Positions 29,029 to 39,319 of a stretch of 55,644 bases of DNA are shown one piece after another. Source of the DNA: a virus (lineage: Duplodnaviria > Caudoviricetes); IMG/VR virus record IMGVR_UViG_3300008261_000025, positions 1 through 55,644 of that record. One strand, given 5' to 3'. A program made the position numbers and the translations under genes. A model generated the notes under the pieces. That model was given only the letters and a program-made list of their open reading frames with translations, did no database searches and was not told where the DNA came from. Positions within the stretch are counted from its first letter, which is position 1. Every line of letters begins with the position of its first letter.

Positions 29029-29430
29029 TTAAGCAACTGGTGCTACAATTGGTTGACCGAGAATAGCGGTAGCAGAGACAGTAGCCCCGCCACTAGTTAC
29101 CGATGTGGATATTACATCAAGTCTAGTATATCTTTTTTTGCCGACATAACCAATAGTTTTGATTGTGTTAGCAGTAGAGATTGCAGCAGCTGCTTTAGTG
29201 CCGATTAAAAAATCGTCGGCAACTGAAGTAAATGTAGCATTGTCGTCGCTTTCTTTTATGTCAATGTTAAAAGTTCCGTCAGCTCTTGCTCCTACTTCAA
29301 ATACAAAAGTTAAAGCTTCAAAGCCGATAGTATCAATCGCAATGCCGTTAGTTGTAGCATTGGCAGTAATTGTTGCGATATTGAGAGCTTTTACTGGTTT
29401 CAATATCGATTTTTGAGAATAACTAGCCAT
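29029..29430 (-). CDS. Capsid decoration/cement protein
   Basis: G..IDT.GF, G...DGT..I..ESDD, GYVG.KRY.R; directly after the capsid gene. Confidence 0.7.
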   Translation of the reverse strand: MASYSQKSILKPVKALNIATITANATTNGIAIDTIGFEALTFVFEVGARADGTFNIDIKESDDNATFTSVADDFLIGTKAAAAISTANTIKTIGYVGKKRYTRLDVISTSVTSGGATVSATAILGQPIVAPVA

Positions 29431-29456
29431 TTTGTTTTAGTTTTTAAGTTGATTAA

Positions 29457-30623
29457 TTAATTGGTTGCAATTTTGATTTTCTTGAAAGCTTCGGCTTTTT
29501 TCACAATACCACCGACACGACGGAAAAATAAGAATTGAACTTTCTGTTGAGTAATATAAGTGGTTTCGTCTCTAAAAATTGTTAAATCTTTGCGATCACC
29601 AATTAAATAATTACTAAAATCACCAAATATTATCGGGTAAGTTCCTGCTCCAATATCTGGCATATCGTTAAAAATAACATAAGGAAAACCATTAATAGTT
29701 GCTGGGTTATCAACACCGAGGTTGCCACTTTCCCAAATGTATCGTTGATTACCATCCTTTAAAGTTCTTAAAGTCGCTAGAGTTTTTCTGTTAAAAGCAT
29801 AGGTTGGTTTATAACCATCTTTTAGTTCACCAATAACTTTAATCAATGAATCAAAAGTAATTGCATTAGTATCGCCACTATTAATAGATGCGATTTGACT
29901 ATTAGTCATAAATCCATTGATATTATTACCAGCACCATCGCCATTAACAAACTGAGCACCTTCAAGTCTAGCAAACTCTTCGGCAACATCACGATTGCAA
30001 TCTCTAATAATATCAATATCAGAATCGTCAATCATTTCTTGAGTAGCGATAAAAGCAGCACCCATTTTTTTTGCTACCAATTTTAATTCACCATAAGTTG
30101 AATCGGTTATAGTCGTAGTTTGACCTTCTCCAAGCATATAAGCGGTTACCCTATTTGCAGACACTGGCATATCCATAGACTTTTTAGGTAAAGTATTCAC
30201 CCTAGCTATAGAACGGACATTGCTAATCTCAACAATATTTTTGATAATTTCATTTAACATTGTCGAACCTATTAAAAATCCACCCCCAATTTGCGAATCA
30301 GTTCTTAGATATTTTAATTCTTGTTCATTTAAAGATTTATCACCTTTAAATATATATTTTTCAAAAGCTTTAATTTGCTCTTTTGCTTCAAAAGATGCAC
30401 CATTATAATTAGATGCAGAAGTTTTATCAAGCAATTTTTGCTCCATTTCTGCTTGCTGATTTTTTTGATCGGCAATTATATTCTTTAGTTTTTGATTTTC
30501 AGCTTCTTGTTTGTCAAGTTTTTCGTTTATTGCTTTGATATTATCTTGATAAACTGCAGAATTTCTGTCTGTAAGTTCTCGAAGTGCTTTTATTGCTTCG
30601 AATGTTTGTTGTTGTTCGGACAT
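29457..30623 (-). CDS. Major capsid protein, HK97 fold
   Basis: N-terminal coiled-coil delta domain, GGFL, F.NG.G, LKD...RYIW, I.G.P, FGDF. Confidence 0.95.
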   Translation of the reverse strand: MSEQQQTFEAIKALRELTDRNSAVYQDNIKAINEKLDKQEAENQKLKNIIADQKNQQAEMEQKLLDKTSASNYNGASFEAKEQIKAFEKYIFKGDKSLNEQELKYLRTDSQIGGGFLIGSTMLNEIIKNIVEISNVRSIARVNTLPKKSMDMPVSANRVTAYMLGEGQTTTITDSTYGELKLVAKKMGAAFIATQEMIDDSDIDIIRDCNRDVAEEFARLEGAQFVNGDGAGNNINGFMTNSQIASINSGDTNAITFDSLIKVIGELKDGYKPTYAFNRKTLATLRTLKDGNQRYIWESGNLGVDNPATINGFPYVIFNDMPDIGAGTYPIIFGDFSNYLIGDRKDLTIFRDETTYITQQKVQFLFFRRVGGIVKKAEAFKKIKIATN

Positions 30624-31999
30624 TGTAAGTTTTGTTTAAGTAAATTTAATTCAATCAAAATGCACTCTTCGGCAATTTGATCTTCCAGTTGTTTTTCAGC
30701 ATCCCGCTGGTTTTTTACTTCAACATCCCGTTGAAAAATCTCTTTTGTTTTTGCGACAAGCATCTTAGCTTCTTGATTGCTAAATTTTGTTGACAATGCT
30801 TTTTCTAAGCTTCTCACGCTATCAATATTATCAATAAAATCTTTTTTTAGTGGTGAAACTAAGCTTTCGTCATCAAATTCTTTTGCCATTTTACTATATA
30901 TTTTATTAATTTTATTAACTATTTCTTGCTTATCTTCTTCTGGTATATCTAACCCACCCCTTGCACCTTGCAATGCACCAGCAATAGAAAAAATCGCTTT
31001 AGGAATTATCCTAGGTTTGTTGTCAATGATATCAACAAAAGGCATCTTATAAGCGGTAAAATTATCCTCGTTAGGCTCATCAAAATACATAAAATATTTG
31101 TAATAATCGGCGGAAGGTTCTTCTTGAGAATTAGTAAATTCTTTTATATTTGCTATTGCTTTGTCGCCATCCCATTCAGTATCACGATCAGCAAATGAAA
31201 AACCAAGCTTAGGATCAACCATTTTGTAAGATTGCAAAACTGCCTTATCGTTTGCAGGAAAGGTGACCAATGATATCTCATACAAATCAATTTCTTTTAA
31301 AGTTCTGATCCCAGTTTTGTCATTAAATCCTGCAAGCTCTACTCTGTAGCCAATAGAAAAAGTATCTAGCGAACCTACTTTTATTTGTGGCATAAATGTA
31401 TCTCTTACCCTAGCATCATCTTTTGGCATCAATGCAGTAAATTCAAGACCAGTGTCGGTTTCTTTAATATTGGTTATTTTACCAATAGGAGCTTCTCGCA
31501 TATTATGTTGCCATAAAAACTTAGGAGTTCTTTTTTTTAATGATTTTTTAAAAGCTCCTTTTTCCACTACATCATCGACAAAATCGACATTGCCAAAAGT
31601 TGAGGCTAGTCCTGTTATCGTAAAGTAATTATCTTGGCTATCTTCTTTGAATTCAAGAGTGCCTTCAAATGATTTGTATTGCATTAATAATGATTTTTTG
31701 TTATTATGTTCCTCTAAAATTCTTTCAGCCCACTCAATACCTTCTATACCACCCCATAATTTAACAGCAATAGTGCCAGCAGTAGGGCCGCCATCGGCTT
31801 CTTTTTTATCAGGGCGGTAATTCTTAATATGTCTTTTAAATTTAGCAATCCTGCCTATTGTATCCCAGCTAAGATCAGCCCCGTTAGATAAGTCAATGGC
31901 TCTCTTGACACCTATTGCAGTGCCACCACGACCCCACTTTTTTCTAAGTTCTAAACCTTGTCTTGCTATCTCTTGCACTCGTTCTGGAGCTATCGGCAT
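30590..31999 (-). CDS. HK97-family prohead protease with extra N- and C-terminal domains
   Basis: G.AS.FG.VD..D.V.KGAF, LWQH, FSIGY, LYEISLVTFPAN. Confidence 0.92.
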   Translation of the reverse strand: MPIAPERVQEIARQGLELRKKWGRGGTAIGVKRAIDLSNGADLSWDTIGRIAKFKRHIKNYRPDKKEADGGPTAGTIAVKLWGGIEGIEWAERILEEHNNKKSLLMQYKSFEGTLEFKEDSQDNYFTITGLASTFGNVDFVDDVVEKGAFKKSLKKRTPKFLWQHNMREAPIGKITNIKETDTGLEFTALMPKDDARVRDTFMPQIKVGSLDTFSIGYRVELAGFNDKTGIRTLKEIDLYEISLVTFPANDKAVLQSYKMVDPKLGFSFADRDTEWDGDKAIANIKEFTNSQEEPSADYYKYFMYFDEPNEDNFTAYKMPFVDIIDNKPRIIPKAIFSIAGALQGARGGLDIPEEDKQEIVNKINKIYSKMAKEFDDESLVSPLKKDFIDNIDSVRSLEKALSTKFSNQEAKMLVAKTKEIFQRDVEVKNQRDAEKQLEDQIAEECILIELNLLKQNLQCPNNNKHSKQ

Positions 32000-32004
32000 A
32001 TTTT

Positions 32005-32032
32005 GTTTTATTTAATTTTTTAAAGTTGTCAA
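32005..32032 (-). promoter_or_regulatory. Candidate internal promoter for protease and capsid genes (possibly leaderless)
   Basis: Minus strand TTGACA-16-TAAAAC, 5 nt before ATG at 31999. Confidence 0.35.
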
Positions 32033-32039
32033 TAGAAAA

Positions 32040-32933
32040 TTATAAGTATTGCTTATCATAAATAGCAACACAACGACATCTTATCGTTTGGCTACTGCTA
32101 CCATTAGGGTCTCTAGGGTATTTTAAACTTTCACCACCTACCATAAAACTTTGCTCGACTGGTATTTGTTGCCCGTCTGCTGAAACATGGTCGGGTCTTG
32201 TTCTTTTATCAAGAATAGCAATCCAAGTTTTATTAGTTCTTACTAGCCCTCTGCTACTTCTTATATTAGCATTATTAATAACATTAGCCTCTTTATCCCT
32301 AGAATAAGCCTCGGCAATTCCTACTACTTGCTCTCCAATTAGTGCCGCTCTCGATTTAGCATTTGATAATAAGTTAATCTCAATATTCTTTGCTACATCT
32401 TTTTTGGCATTGCGAATTATGGTCTCGATCGTTGCAATTCTCTTTTTAGCTTTGGGAGTATCGACAGAAAGCAGTTCATTTTGCTCTCTTATAAGCTCCG
32501 CAACCTCATCTTGCTTTATTAATGTTTGTCTTTTAACAACAGTGCCTATCTCGGCAGTAGTTGTGGCAACAATATAATCTGCTTGATTTTCGCTCTCGTT
32601 TGCAGTAAAAGTTGCAAAATCTAATTCTAATTGCCTATTAATATTATCAAAATCTGTATTGTCAATTTCGCTTTTAAAACTAACATTAAAATCTTTGGCA
32701 ATACTATCTCGTAAATCAAAACCAAAAACTTTAATTGACAATCGCATCCCGTCTCTAACTTCTTTTAATATCTCTGGACGGTAATTATTAGAAAGCTCTT
32801 CAGCATTAAGCCTATCAAAATAAAAGAGTTTTGCAACATCTTTTGCTTGATTTTTCAATACTTGATAAATTTTAGAAGCGGTTTTTGCTTCTATCGGCAA
32901 TTTTAGTTCGTTAATTCTTTTTGCTTTCATCAA
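32040..32933 (-). CDS. Minor head morphogenesis protein (Mu F/SPP1 gp7)
   Basis: KTW....D.RTR.DH..ADGQ...F.VGGE.L.YP.D...I.CRC. Confidence 0.9.
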   Translation of the reverse strand: MMKAKRINELKLPIEAKTASKIYQVLKNQAKDVAKLFYFDRLNAEELSNNYRPEILKEVRDGMRLSIKVFGFDLRDSIAKDFNVSFKSEIDNTDFDNINRQLELDFATFTANESENQADYIVATTTAEIGTVVKRQTLIKQDEVAELIREQNELLSVDTPKAKKRIATIETIIRNAKKDVAKNIEINLLSNAKSRAALIGEQVVGIAEAYSRDKEANVINNANIRSSRGLVRTNKTWIAILDKRTRPDHVSADGQQIPVEQSFMVGGESLKYPRDPNGSSSQTIRCRCVAIYDKQYL

Positions 32934-34266
32934 AAAATCTGTCTGCTAATTTTTTTGCCTCATTCTCGCTAACTCCACGATCTAAAGCCATTTCAACAAA
33001 AAATGCTTTTTCATTGGTTCGGTTATCAGTGGTGTATATATCAGTTCCCATTGCAACTAAATTCGCTGGTTTTAGAATGGTATCGCCATTGTCAACAGCT
33101 TCAAGACCCATTCTTGCTCTAGCTTCATTTGTGCTAACATTGTAAGTTTCGCCGTAAGCTTTTGCAATCTGTATTTTATTCATTTCTAAAACAGCAATTC
33201 TATTTTCTTCTATCACCAATCTATGTTTTTGCTCGCCGAGTAGTGGTAAGATTTTATAATTAAAAAAGTCTATCATTTTATTGGCAAGCGGTAAAATGCA
33301 ACTTGCATAAAGTGCGATCTGGCTTTCGCTGTAATTATTATAAGACATCGCTTGATCATTAAATAAAGCGAGCGGTATTTTTAGAGTATTGTAAATTGCA
33401 TTTGCCGTTGAAACTTTTAACCCTTGAAAGTCCATATCTTTTGGATTTTCGCTAAATCTTTCAACTTTAACCCTGCCCGCCGTGACCATAAAAGATTTAC
33501 CTGCTCCTTCCGGTCCATTAATTTTACTTATTGCGGTTTTAAGTCCTTGTAATTGCTCGCTAGAATAGCTGTCATCTTCAAAAAAGAAGCCATAAGAAGG
33601 TCGGCATTGATTTCTAAGTAGAGAGTTATTATGTATCGAAGCATTAATATATTGGCTAATCTCAAGTTGTGCCGAGATAATAGGCGCTGAACCAAAAAAG
33701 CTTTCGTTTGTTAAATTTTTATCACGAAAATGCAGTAATAAATTGCCTTCGTTAGTTTCATAAATGTTTTTTTCTGCTTTATAATTATAAGTTCTAGTTA
33801 ATTGTATGTTATCTTGACTATTTGCAATATACAATACTTGCGAAGGTTTGCCAAAGCCCGAGGTATTTATGGTTATGTTTTGTGGTTTTAAAATCACCAT
33901 CTCAAAACTAGAACCTACTTTATTAAAATCGACAAAGACATTGCCGTAAAGTAGGTAATTGCTAATAAATAGAATGACAAAATCTTTATAATTTTGGTCT
34001 TTGTTAATTCTTTGCAGTTTATTTAATATTTCAGCTTGATTATTATATTGATTGCTCGTAGTTTGTGCAGTAATGGGTAAATTAGCAATAATATCGCTAA
34101 TTAAATCTATGGCAATGCCGACTGGCGAGCATTCGTAATAAGCAGAAGTGGAAAAAGCCACTACTTCACTAAAACTAGTCGAAAATTTATAAGAATTATC
34201 AAGATTTCGTTCGACAAAGCCCGAATAATTCTTTTTTGAAAAATAGTTTTTTATTGATTTTAACAT
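32911..34266 (-). CDS. Portal protein, HK97 family
   Basis: AI..I...IA.LP, LL.GN.F, LLHFR, G..PI, D.DF, IP, NEAR..MGL...GD. Confidence 0.92.
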   Translation of the reverse strand: MLKSIKNYFSKKNYSGFVERNLDNSYKFSTSFSEVVAFSTSAYYECSPVGIAIDLISDIIANLPITAQTTSNQYNNQAEILNKLQRINKDQNYKDFVILFISNYLLYGNVFVDFNKVGSSFEMVILKPQNITINTSGFGKPSQVLYIANSQDNIQLTRTYNYKAEKNIYETNEGNLLLHFRDKNLTNESFFGSAPIISAQLEISQYINASIHNNSLLRNQCRPSYGFFFEDDSYSSEQLQGLKTAISKINGPEGAGKSFMVTAGRVKVERFSENPKDMDFQGLKVSTANAIYNTLKIPLALFNDQAMSYNNYSESQIALYASCILPLANKMIDFFNYKILPLLGEQKHRLVIEENRIAVLEMNKIQIAKAYGETYNVSTNEARARMGLEAVDNGDTILKPANLVAMGTDIYTTDNRTNEKAFFVEMALDRGVSENEAKKLADRFFDESKKN

Positions 34267-34267
34267 A

Positions 34268-35494
34268 CTAAATAAATATTGCTGGACTGTGTCTGTGCTT
34301 AATTCTTGTTGTCAATGAGTATCGCAAGGCATCGATATAATGGTTGTTCTTGTCTAAAATAATCGGCAAAACTTCATTTGTCAAGCGATCTGTTTTGAAA
34401 CTGTATAATCCTAGCTCTTCTATTAGATTTTTACATCTAGGGTGAACGATAATCTTTTTATAAGCTTTTAAATGCTCGATGCCGTCTTCGACACTTCCTT
34501 TACCCTTCTCGCAAGGTCTTATATTATAGCCGTCAATAGTTTTTAAATGATTAATAGTTTCTGGTCTAGCATTGTCGCCATACATTATCCATTTTTTAGA
34601 ATCGGGTATTTTGTCAATATAATATTTTAATTCAACAATTGGTATATTAACCCCGCCTGCTTCGTGGTCAACATATAAAAAGCTATCTTTTATAAAACAA
34701 CGAACCACAGCAAAAGGATCAACACTAAAACCAAAGTCTGCACCAAGAAAAAAACGATTACTTTCGATTTCGGTGATAGGTGGTGTTTCAAATTCTCGAA
34801 TTTCGTATTTACCCTTAAATACTAAGGCATCGCTAAGTTGTTTTACCTCACCTAGCCATTTTGTGTTATAAAGTTCAGGGTTATGCTCTCTATCATAAAG
34901 CATCTCATCTTTAATCGGAGTATCATCAAAATAGGGGTTATCGTAATAATTTACTTTTACCGCTACAGTTTCTGGCAAGGGGTTTTCAATGAACATTTTA
35001 TAAGTAGGATCACTTCGATCGTTCGGGTTAAAACTTACCCATATTTCACTATTAGGATTTCTAATAGTAGGGGTTAGAAAATTCCAGCTCGCTTGACTTA
35101 CTTTTTCAGCCTCTTCTACCCAGCATAAATCAATCCCAGTGGCAGATTTGATTTGCAAAGGATCGTTGCTAATTCCTTTAAATATAAATTCGCTACCATT
35201 AGCAGATTTAATATTAGTTTGAGTTATATTAAAAAACGGATATAATTCATATAACATAATAAGGTCGGTGAGAATTTTATGCACGGAGTGAGCTATGCTA
35301 GATTGATATTCTCTAACACATAAAACTCTTATATTGTCTTTTTTAAATAGATGTTGCGGTTGCATTGCCAATATTAACATTGCTCTTGCGATATTTTCAG
35401 TTTTACCGCCACCCCTTCCGCCGTAGCAGACTTTAAATCTAGCCTTATTTTTTAGCAAAAACTCAAATTTAGATGGAATTGAAATTTTAGGCAT
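34268..35494 (-). CDS. Terminase large subunit, PBSX family
   Basis: YGGRGGGKT, WVEEA, SFNP, DNP, G.DFGF..DP, D.NNH.IDALRY. Confidence 0.95.
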   Translation of the reverse strand: MPKISIPSKFEFLLKNKARFKVCYGGRGGGKTENIARAMLILAMQPQHLFKKDNIRVLCVREYQSSIAHSVHKILTDLIMLYELYPFFNITQTNIKSANGSEFIFKGISNDPLQIKSATGIDLCWVEEAEKVSQASWNFLTPTIRNPNSEIWVSFNPNDRSDPTYKMFIENPLPETVAVKVNYYDNPYFDDTPIKDEMLYDREHNPELYNTKWLGEVKQLSDALVFKGKYEIREFETPPITEIESNRFFLGADFGFSVDPFAVVRCFIKDSFLYVDHEAGGVNIPIVELKYYIDKIPDSKKWIMYGDNARPETINHLKTIDGYNIRPCEKGKGSVEDGIEHLKAYKKIIVHPRCKNLIEELGLYSFKTDRLTNEVLPIILDKNNHYIDALRYSLTTRIKHRHSPAIFI

Positions 35495-35577
35495 TATAAG
35501 TTTTTTTAATATTAACTTTTATATTTTTAGATAAAACTCCGAGATTTTTGCTACTAATATAAGTTTTTTTAATATTA
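35495..35577. repeat. 20-bp direct repeat bracketing the terS-terL gap
   Basis: tataagtttttttaatatta at 35495-35514 and 35558-35577. Confidence 0.85.
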
Positions 35578-36024
35578 TTACTTTTTTTCATCAGTAAAAA
35601 CCACATTAACAACTGGCATTTGCATTTTAATTGGTTCACCGTTCTCGCCTGTGAGTTCGTTTCGCTGGATTGATTTTCCGTGAACTCTATCGATAAGTTC
35701 TTGCAATGCTTTAAATGCTACTTCGTGCTTGTCTGATTTTGTCAAGTCCATAAGTTTATAAGCAATAAAACCCATTTCTTTTAAGTCCTGAGCTAAATCT
35801 GGTTTGTTTTGAGATTTTGCCTGATCCATCATCCTTCTCTCGTAGATTTCCATTGCAATTTCTAGCTGTTGTTTTAGGCTTTTTTTTTCAGCTTTGATTT
35901 TATTTGTTGCTTCTGCCCCCTTCCTAGCTATTTCTTTTCTTTCCTGTTGCGATTTGGCTGCGAGGTTATGCTTTCTTATTCTTTTCAGCCTATCTTCTTT
36001 CTCTTGTTTTTTCTTATCGTCCAT
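35578..36024 (-). CDS. Putative terminase small subunit
   Basis: Upstream of terL; EIARKG, DRVHGK..Q..ELTGENGEPI. Confidence 0.7.
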   Translation of the reverse strand: MDDKKKQEKEDRLKRIRKHNLAAKSQQERKEIARKGAEATNKIKAEKKSLKQQLEIAMEIYERRMMDQAKSQNKPDLAQDLKEMGFIAYKLMDLTKSDKHEVAFKALQELIDRVHGKSIQRNELTGENGEPIKMQMPVVNVVFTDEKK

Positions 36025-37288
36025 TTGTAAAATCTCCTATGCAATCCACCCCATTTCTTTTAACAAAGAGAGGTAAATTATTTTGTTGACAAAAGTTAAT
36101 ATACCGCCTAACGATAACATCGCAATACTTCTCTTCTAATTCAATTAGGCGAGATTTTCTTTTCGATTTTTCGCAAGCGATAAGTGTTGACCCCGAACCG
36201 CCAAAGCAGTCAAGAATTATATCATTTTCATTCGAGCAATCTAATATTGCATCGATTATCAATTCTACTGGCTTTACTGTAGGGTGCATTCTCTGCTCCT
36301 CTTTATCCCAAGAGCTATTAATTGACCTATAATCCCATACATTGGTTCTATATCTTCCTTCTTTGCCGTCTATTGATTGCCCTAATTGAAAGTTATTAAT
36401 ATGCTGTTTTGAGCCGTTTTTAAAAACAAATACCAATTCGTGCTTACTTCTATAAAATGCCCCCATTCCGCCATTATCCTTATTCCAAACACAAAGGTTT
36501 TTTAATTCTGTAAAAGATAACCTGCCAGCAGTAATAATTTCGTAAATGTGTTTCCAATCCATGCAAACATAATGTATTGAGCCGTCGATTGATTTTTTAA
36601 CTAGATTTGCAAAGACACTTACTAAGAAATCAACAAACTCATTTTCGGTCATCTCACCAGAAGCCATTTTAAATTCTTGATGTTTTGCCTTTCCCATCCC
36701 TACAACAGAAGATATTTTTACATTATAAGGTGGATCTGTAAAAATCATCGTTGCTAAATTATCATCCATTAATTTATTAAAATCTTTTATATCTCTTGAA
36801 TCACCACAAAGCAATTTATGATTGCCTAATTCATATAAATCGCCTAATTTTGTTATAATATTATCTGGCTCTTCTGGTAAATCGTCCTCGCCGATAGTCT
36901 CTTTTATTTTATCCTCAAAACTTATTTCTGGCATTTCTAAGCCCCAGCTATTTAAATCTAAACTATCAAAATTAATTTTTAATAAATCAAAATCCCATTC
37001 GCCAGTATTTGCATTTAATCTAATATTCAGTTCTTTTTCATTTTCCAATGTTAATTCAACAATAACACAATCTATTTCCTTATAACCTAGTTTTTTTAAC
37101 TCCCTAACACGAAAATGACCACCTATAATAATGTTTTTTCTATTAGCATTATCATTTACAATAATTGGCTCTACAGCACCAAATTTTTCTAAACTATTTT
37201 TTAGGGCTTCTTCTTGTTTTTTATTAGATTTTCTTGGGTTGTATTCTGCTGGTTTTAAATCCTTTATTAATCTTTTTTCAATTCTCAT
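36014..37288 (-). CDS. ParB-domain N4/N6 DNA methyltransferase
   Basis: N-terminal ParB (YNPR, FG..EPIIV, IIGGH.R); FTDPPYN, HPTVKPV, LDCFGGSGSTLIA. Confidence 0.92.
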   Translation of the reverse strand: MRIEKRLIKDLKPAEYNPRKSNKKQEEALKNSLEKFGAVEPIIVNDNANRKNIIIGGHFRVRELKKLGYKEIDCVIVELTLENEKELNIRLNANTGEWDFDLLKINFDSLDLNSWGLEMPEISFEDKIKETIGEDDLPEEPDNIITKLGDLYELGNHKLLCGDSRDIKDFNKLMDDNLATMIFTDPPYNVKISSVVGMGKAKHQEFKMASGEMTENEFVDFLVSVFANLVKKSIDGSIHYVCMDWKHIYEIITAGRLSFTELKNLCVWNKDNGGMGAFYRSKHELVFVFKNGSKQHINNFQLGQSIDGKEGRYRTNVWDYRSINSSWDKEEQRMHPTVKPVELIIDAILDCSNENDIILDCFGGSGSTLIACEKSKRKSRLIELEEKYCDVIVRRYINFCQQNNLPLFVKRNGVDCIGDFTNGR

Positions 37289-37366
37289 TTAATAAATAAA
37301 AAATATTGATAATTTTTACAAAATATAACAAAAATTAAAAAAGTCAATATTTTTAAAAAAAGATGA

Positions 37367-37448
37367 AAATAGCCGTTGACTTTTTATTTTTTATTACATA
37401 AAATATCTTTTGTCAAGAGTTCTTGACAATTACTAATCTAACTAAAAA
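37367..37448 (+). repeat. 82-bp direct repeat, left copy (promoter copy 3 plus hairpin)
   Basis: 81/82 identical to 41448-41529; TTGACT-17-TAAAAT and ttgtcaag-agtt-cttgacaa. Confidence 0.95.
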
Positions 37449-37452
37449 TAAA

Positions 37453-37761
37453 ATGAAAACAGAATGGAAACAATTAGTTTGCAATTCAAATTTAATGCAA
37501 GCAGAAACTGATCGTGCAATATTAATTAAATTGCCAAAAAGCGAATTAAAGTTCTGGCATCCCTCTAAATTAGTGAGAACTAGCGGTAAATCTGGATATA
37601 GAATGACTATCGCTTATACTGACAGTTTTGTTTTTAAATGCTTTAGAAATGGCAAAGGTCGCTATAATTCTCATGAAAAAATTGAGGAATGTGAGTTTAA
37701 TAGCAAAGAAATCGAAGAAATATTTGGCAAAACTCAACAATCAGAAAAAACAGAAGAATAG
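37453..37761 (+). CDS. Hypothetical protein (start moved to MKTEWK)
   Basis: ETDRAILI...W.PSKL motif shared with the next ORF. Confidence 0.7.
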   Translation: MKTEWKQLVCNSNLMQAETDRAILIKLPKSELKFWHPSKLVRTSGKSGYRMTIAYTDSFVFKCFRNGKGRYNSHEKIEECEFNSKEIEEIFGKTQQSEKTEE

Positions 37762-37768
37762 CAAAAAA

Positions 37769-38023
37769 ATGACGAATAGATTTTTAGTAAAAGTAAAAAT
37801 CAAAGATATTTTGCACCAAACTGAAAAAGCAACCTTATTTTTGATTAGCGAATCAGAAATTTGGTTGCCAAATAAACTATTTAGATTTGGTAAGGGTAAT
37901 TATATTACATTATGGAACGATATTGCCAACAGTAAAAATCTTGATTATGATACACTTTATCACGAGCCTGAAAAAATAGAGCCAGTTTATAATCAACAAC
38001 CTATTAATGAGTTAATAGCATGA
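37769..38023 (+). CDS. Hypothetical protein (start moved to MTNRFL)
   Basis: QTEKATLF...W.PNKL; ATGA overlap with the ibrA-like gene. Confidence 0.65.
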   Translation: MTNRFLVKVKIKDILHQTEKATLFLISESEIWLPNKLFRFGKGNYITLWNDIANSKNLDYDTLYHEPEKIEPVYNQQPINELIA

Positions 38024-39315
38024 AAAAATACTTAGATATAAATGTTTTTGATGCCTCTATTGAGAGGATAAAATTTATTTTTGATAATTTTGAGAGGGTA
38101 TATCTTTCTTTTAGTGGCGGAAAGGACAGTGGAGTTATGCTAAATCTAGTTCTTGATTATATGCGAGCTAATAAAATAGAGCAAAAATTAGGAATAATGA
38201 TATTAGATAACGAAGCAAATTACAAAGATTCTACTGACTTTATGGAGCGAATGATTGAAAATAATCTTGATTTAATAGAGCCTTATTGGTGCTGTCTTCC
38301 TATTACTTTACCCTGCACTGTTAGTGCCTATCATACAGAATGGCAATGCTGGGGCGAGAAAGATAAAGACAGATGGATTCGTCCGTTGTCAAAAAAGCCA
38401 TATGTTATAAATTTTCAAAATCATAATTTTCCATTTTTTAAAGAGAATATGAATTATGATGATTTTTGGGATAATTTTGGCAAATGGTATGGTCAAGGCA
38501 AAAAGACGGCTTGCTTAATTGGAATTAGAACAGACGAAAGTTTGAATAGGTTTAGAGCTATTATGAATAAAAAAAAGAAGATGGTAAATGGTAAATTTTG
38601 GACTAAACATAAAATTGATAATGTTTTTAATTGCTACCCTATTTATGATTGGTCTGTTGACGATATATGGACGGCTAATGTAAAATTCGATTGGGATTAT
38701 AACGAGCTTTATGATAAATTTTATCTAGCGGGAATGTCTCCTTATGCTATGCGAGTTGCAAGTCCGTTTATGAGTGAATCAAAATCATCTTTAAATCTTT
38801 ATAGAGTAATTGATCCAGAAGCTTGGCAAAAACTTTATTGCCGAGTAAATGGTGCAAATTTTATTGCTACTTACGGCGGTCAATTAGATTGGAAAAAAGT
38901 TAAATTACCGAGTGGACATACTTGGCGATCTTTTACTAAGTTTTTACTTAATTCTTTACCGAAGCCAGTTGCCGATAATTACAAGCAAAGATTTTGTCAA
39001 GCATTAAGATTTTGGTCAAGAAAAGGAAGGGGCATTGATGATAATATTATTAATCAATTAAAAGAAAATAATATACCGCACAAAATTAATGGTTTAACTC
39101 CGCACGGTTCAAAAACAAAGCAAAGAGTTATTATTCAAAAATTCCCCGATGAGCTTGATTGTTTATCTTGTCCACCGAGTGTTGTTGCTAGTTGGAAACG
39201 ATTTGCAATTACTATTTTGCGAAACGATCATACTTGCAAATATCTTGGGTTAGGTCAAACACAAGAGCAAATAAAAAGACAAAGGGAAATAATGGAAAAA
39301 TATAAAAATTTATAA
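38020..39315 (+). CDS. ibrA: IbrA-like PAPS-reductase-family PP-loop protein with DUF3440
   Basis: A..ERI.FIF..F, SFSGGKDS, W.CW....K..W.R, GIR.DES.NR, YPIYDW...DIW, YN.LYD, MRVASPF, RVNGANF, SWKR....IL.ND..CK. Confidence 0.9.
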   Translation: MKKYLDINVFDASIERIKFIFDNFERVYLSFSGGKDSGVMLNLVLDYMRANKIEQKLGIMILDNEANYKDSTDFMERMIENNLDLIEPYWCCLPITLPCTVSAYHTEWQCWGEKDKDRWIRPLSKKPYVINFQNHNFPFFKENMNYDDFWDNFGKWYGQGKKTACLIGIRTDESLNRFRAIMNKKKKMVNGKFWTKHKIDNVFNCYPIYDWSVDDIWTANVKFDWDYNELYDKFYLAGMSPYAMRVASPFMSESKSSLNLYRVIDPEAWQKLYCRVNGANFIATYGGQLDWKKVKLPSGHTWRSFTKFLLNSLPKPVADNYKQRFCQALRFWSRKGRGIDDNIINQLKENNIPHKINGLTPHGSKTKQRVIIQKFPDELDCLSCPPSVVASWKRFAITILRNDHTCKYLGLGQTQEQIKRQREIMEKYKNL

Positions 39316-39319
39316 AAAT

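Noticed and set aside
30590-30623. Programmed protease-capsid fusion
   Set aside because: Only a 34-nt overlap with no slippery heptamer; the capsid gene has its own aaaacttacaATG leader like other genes
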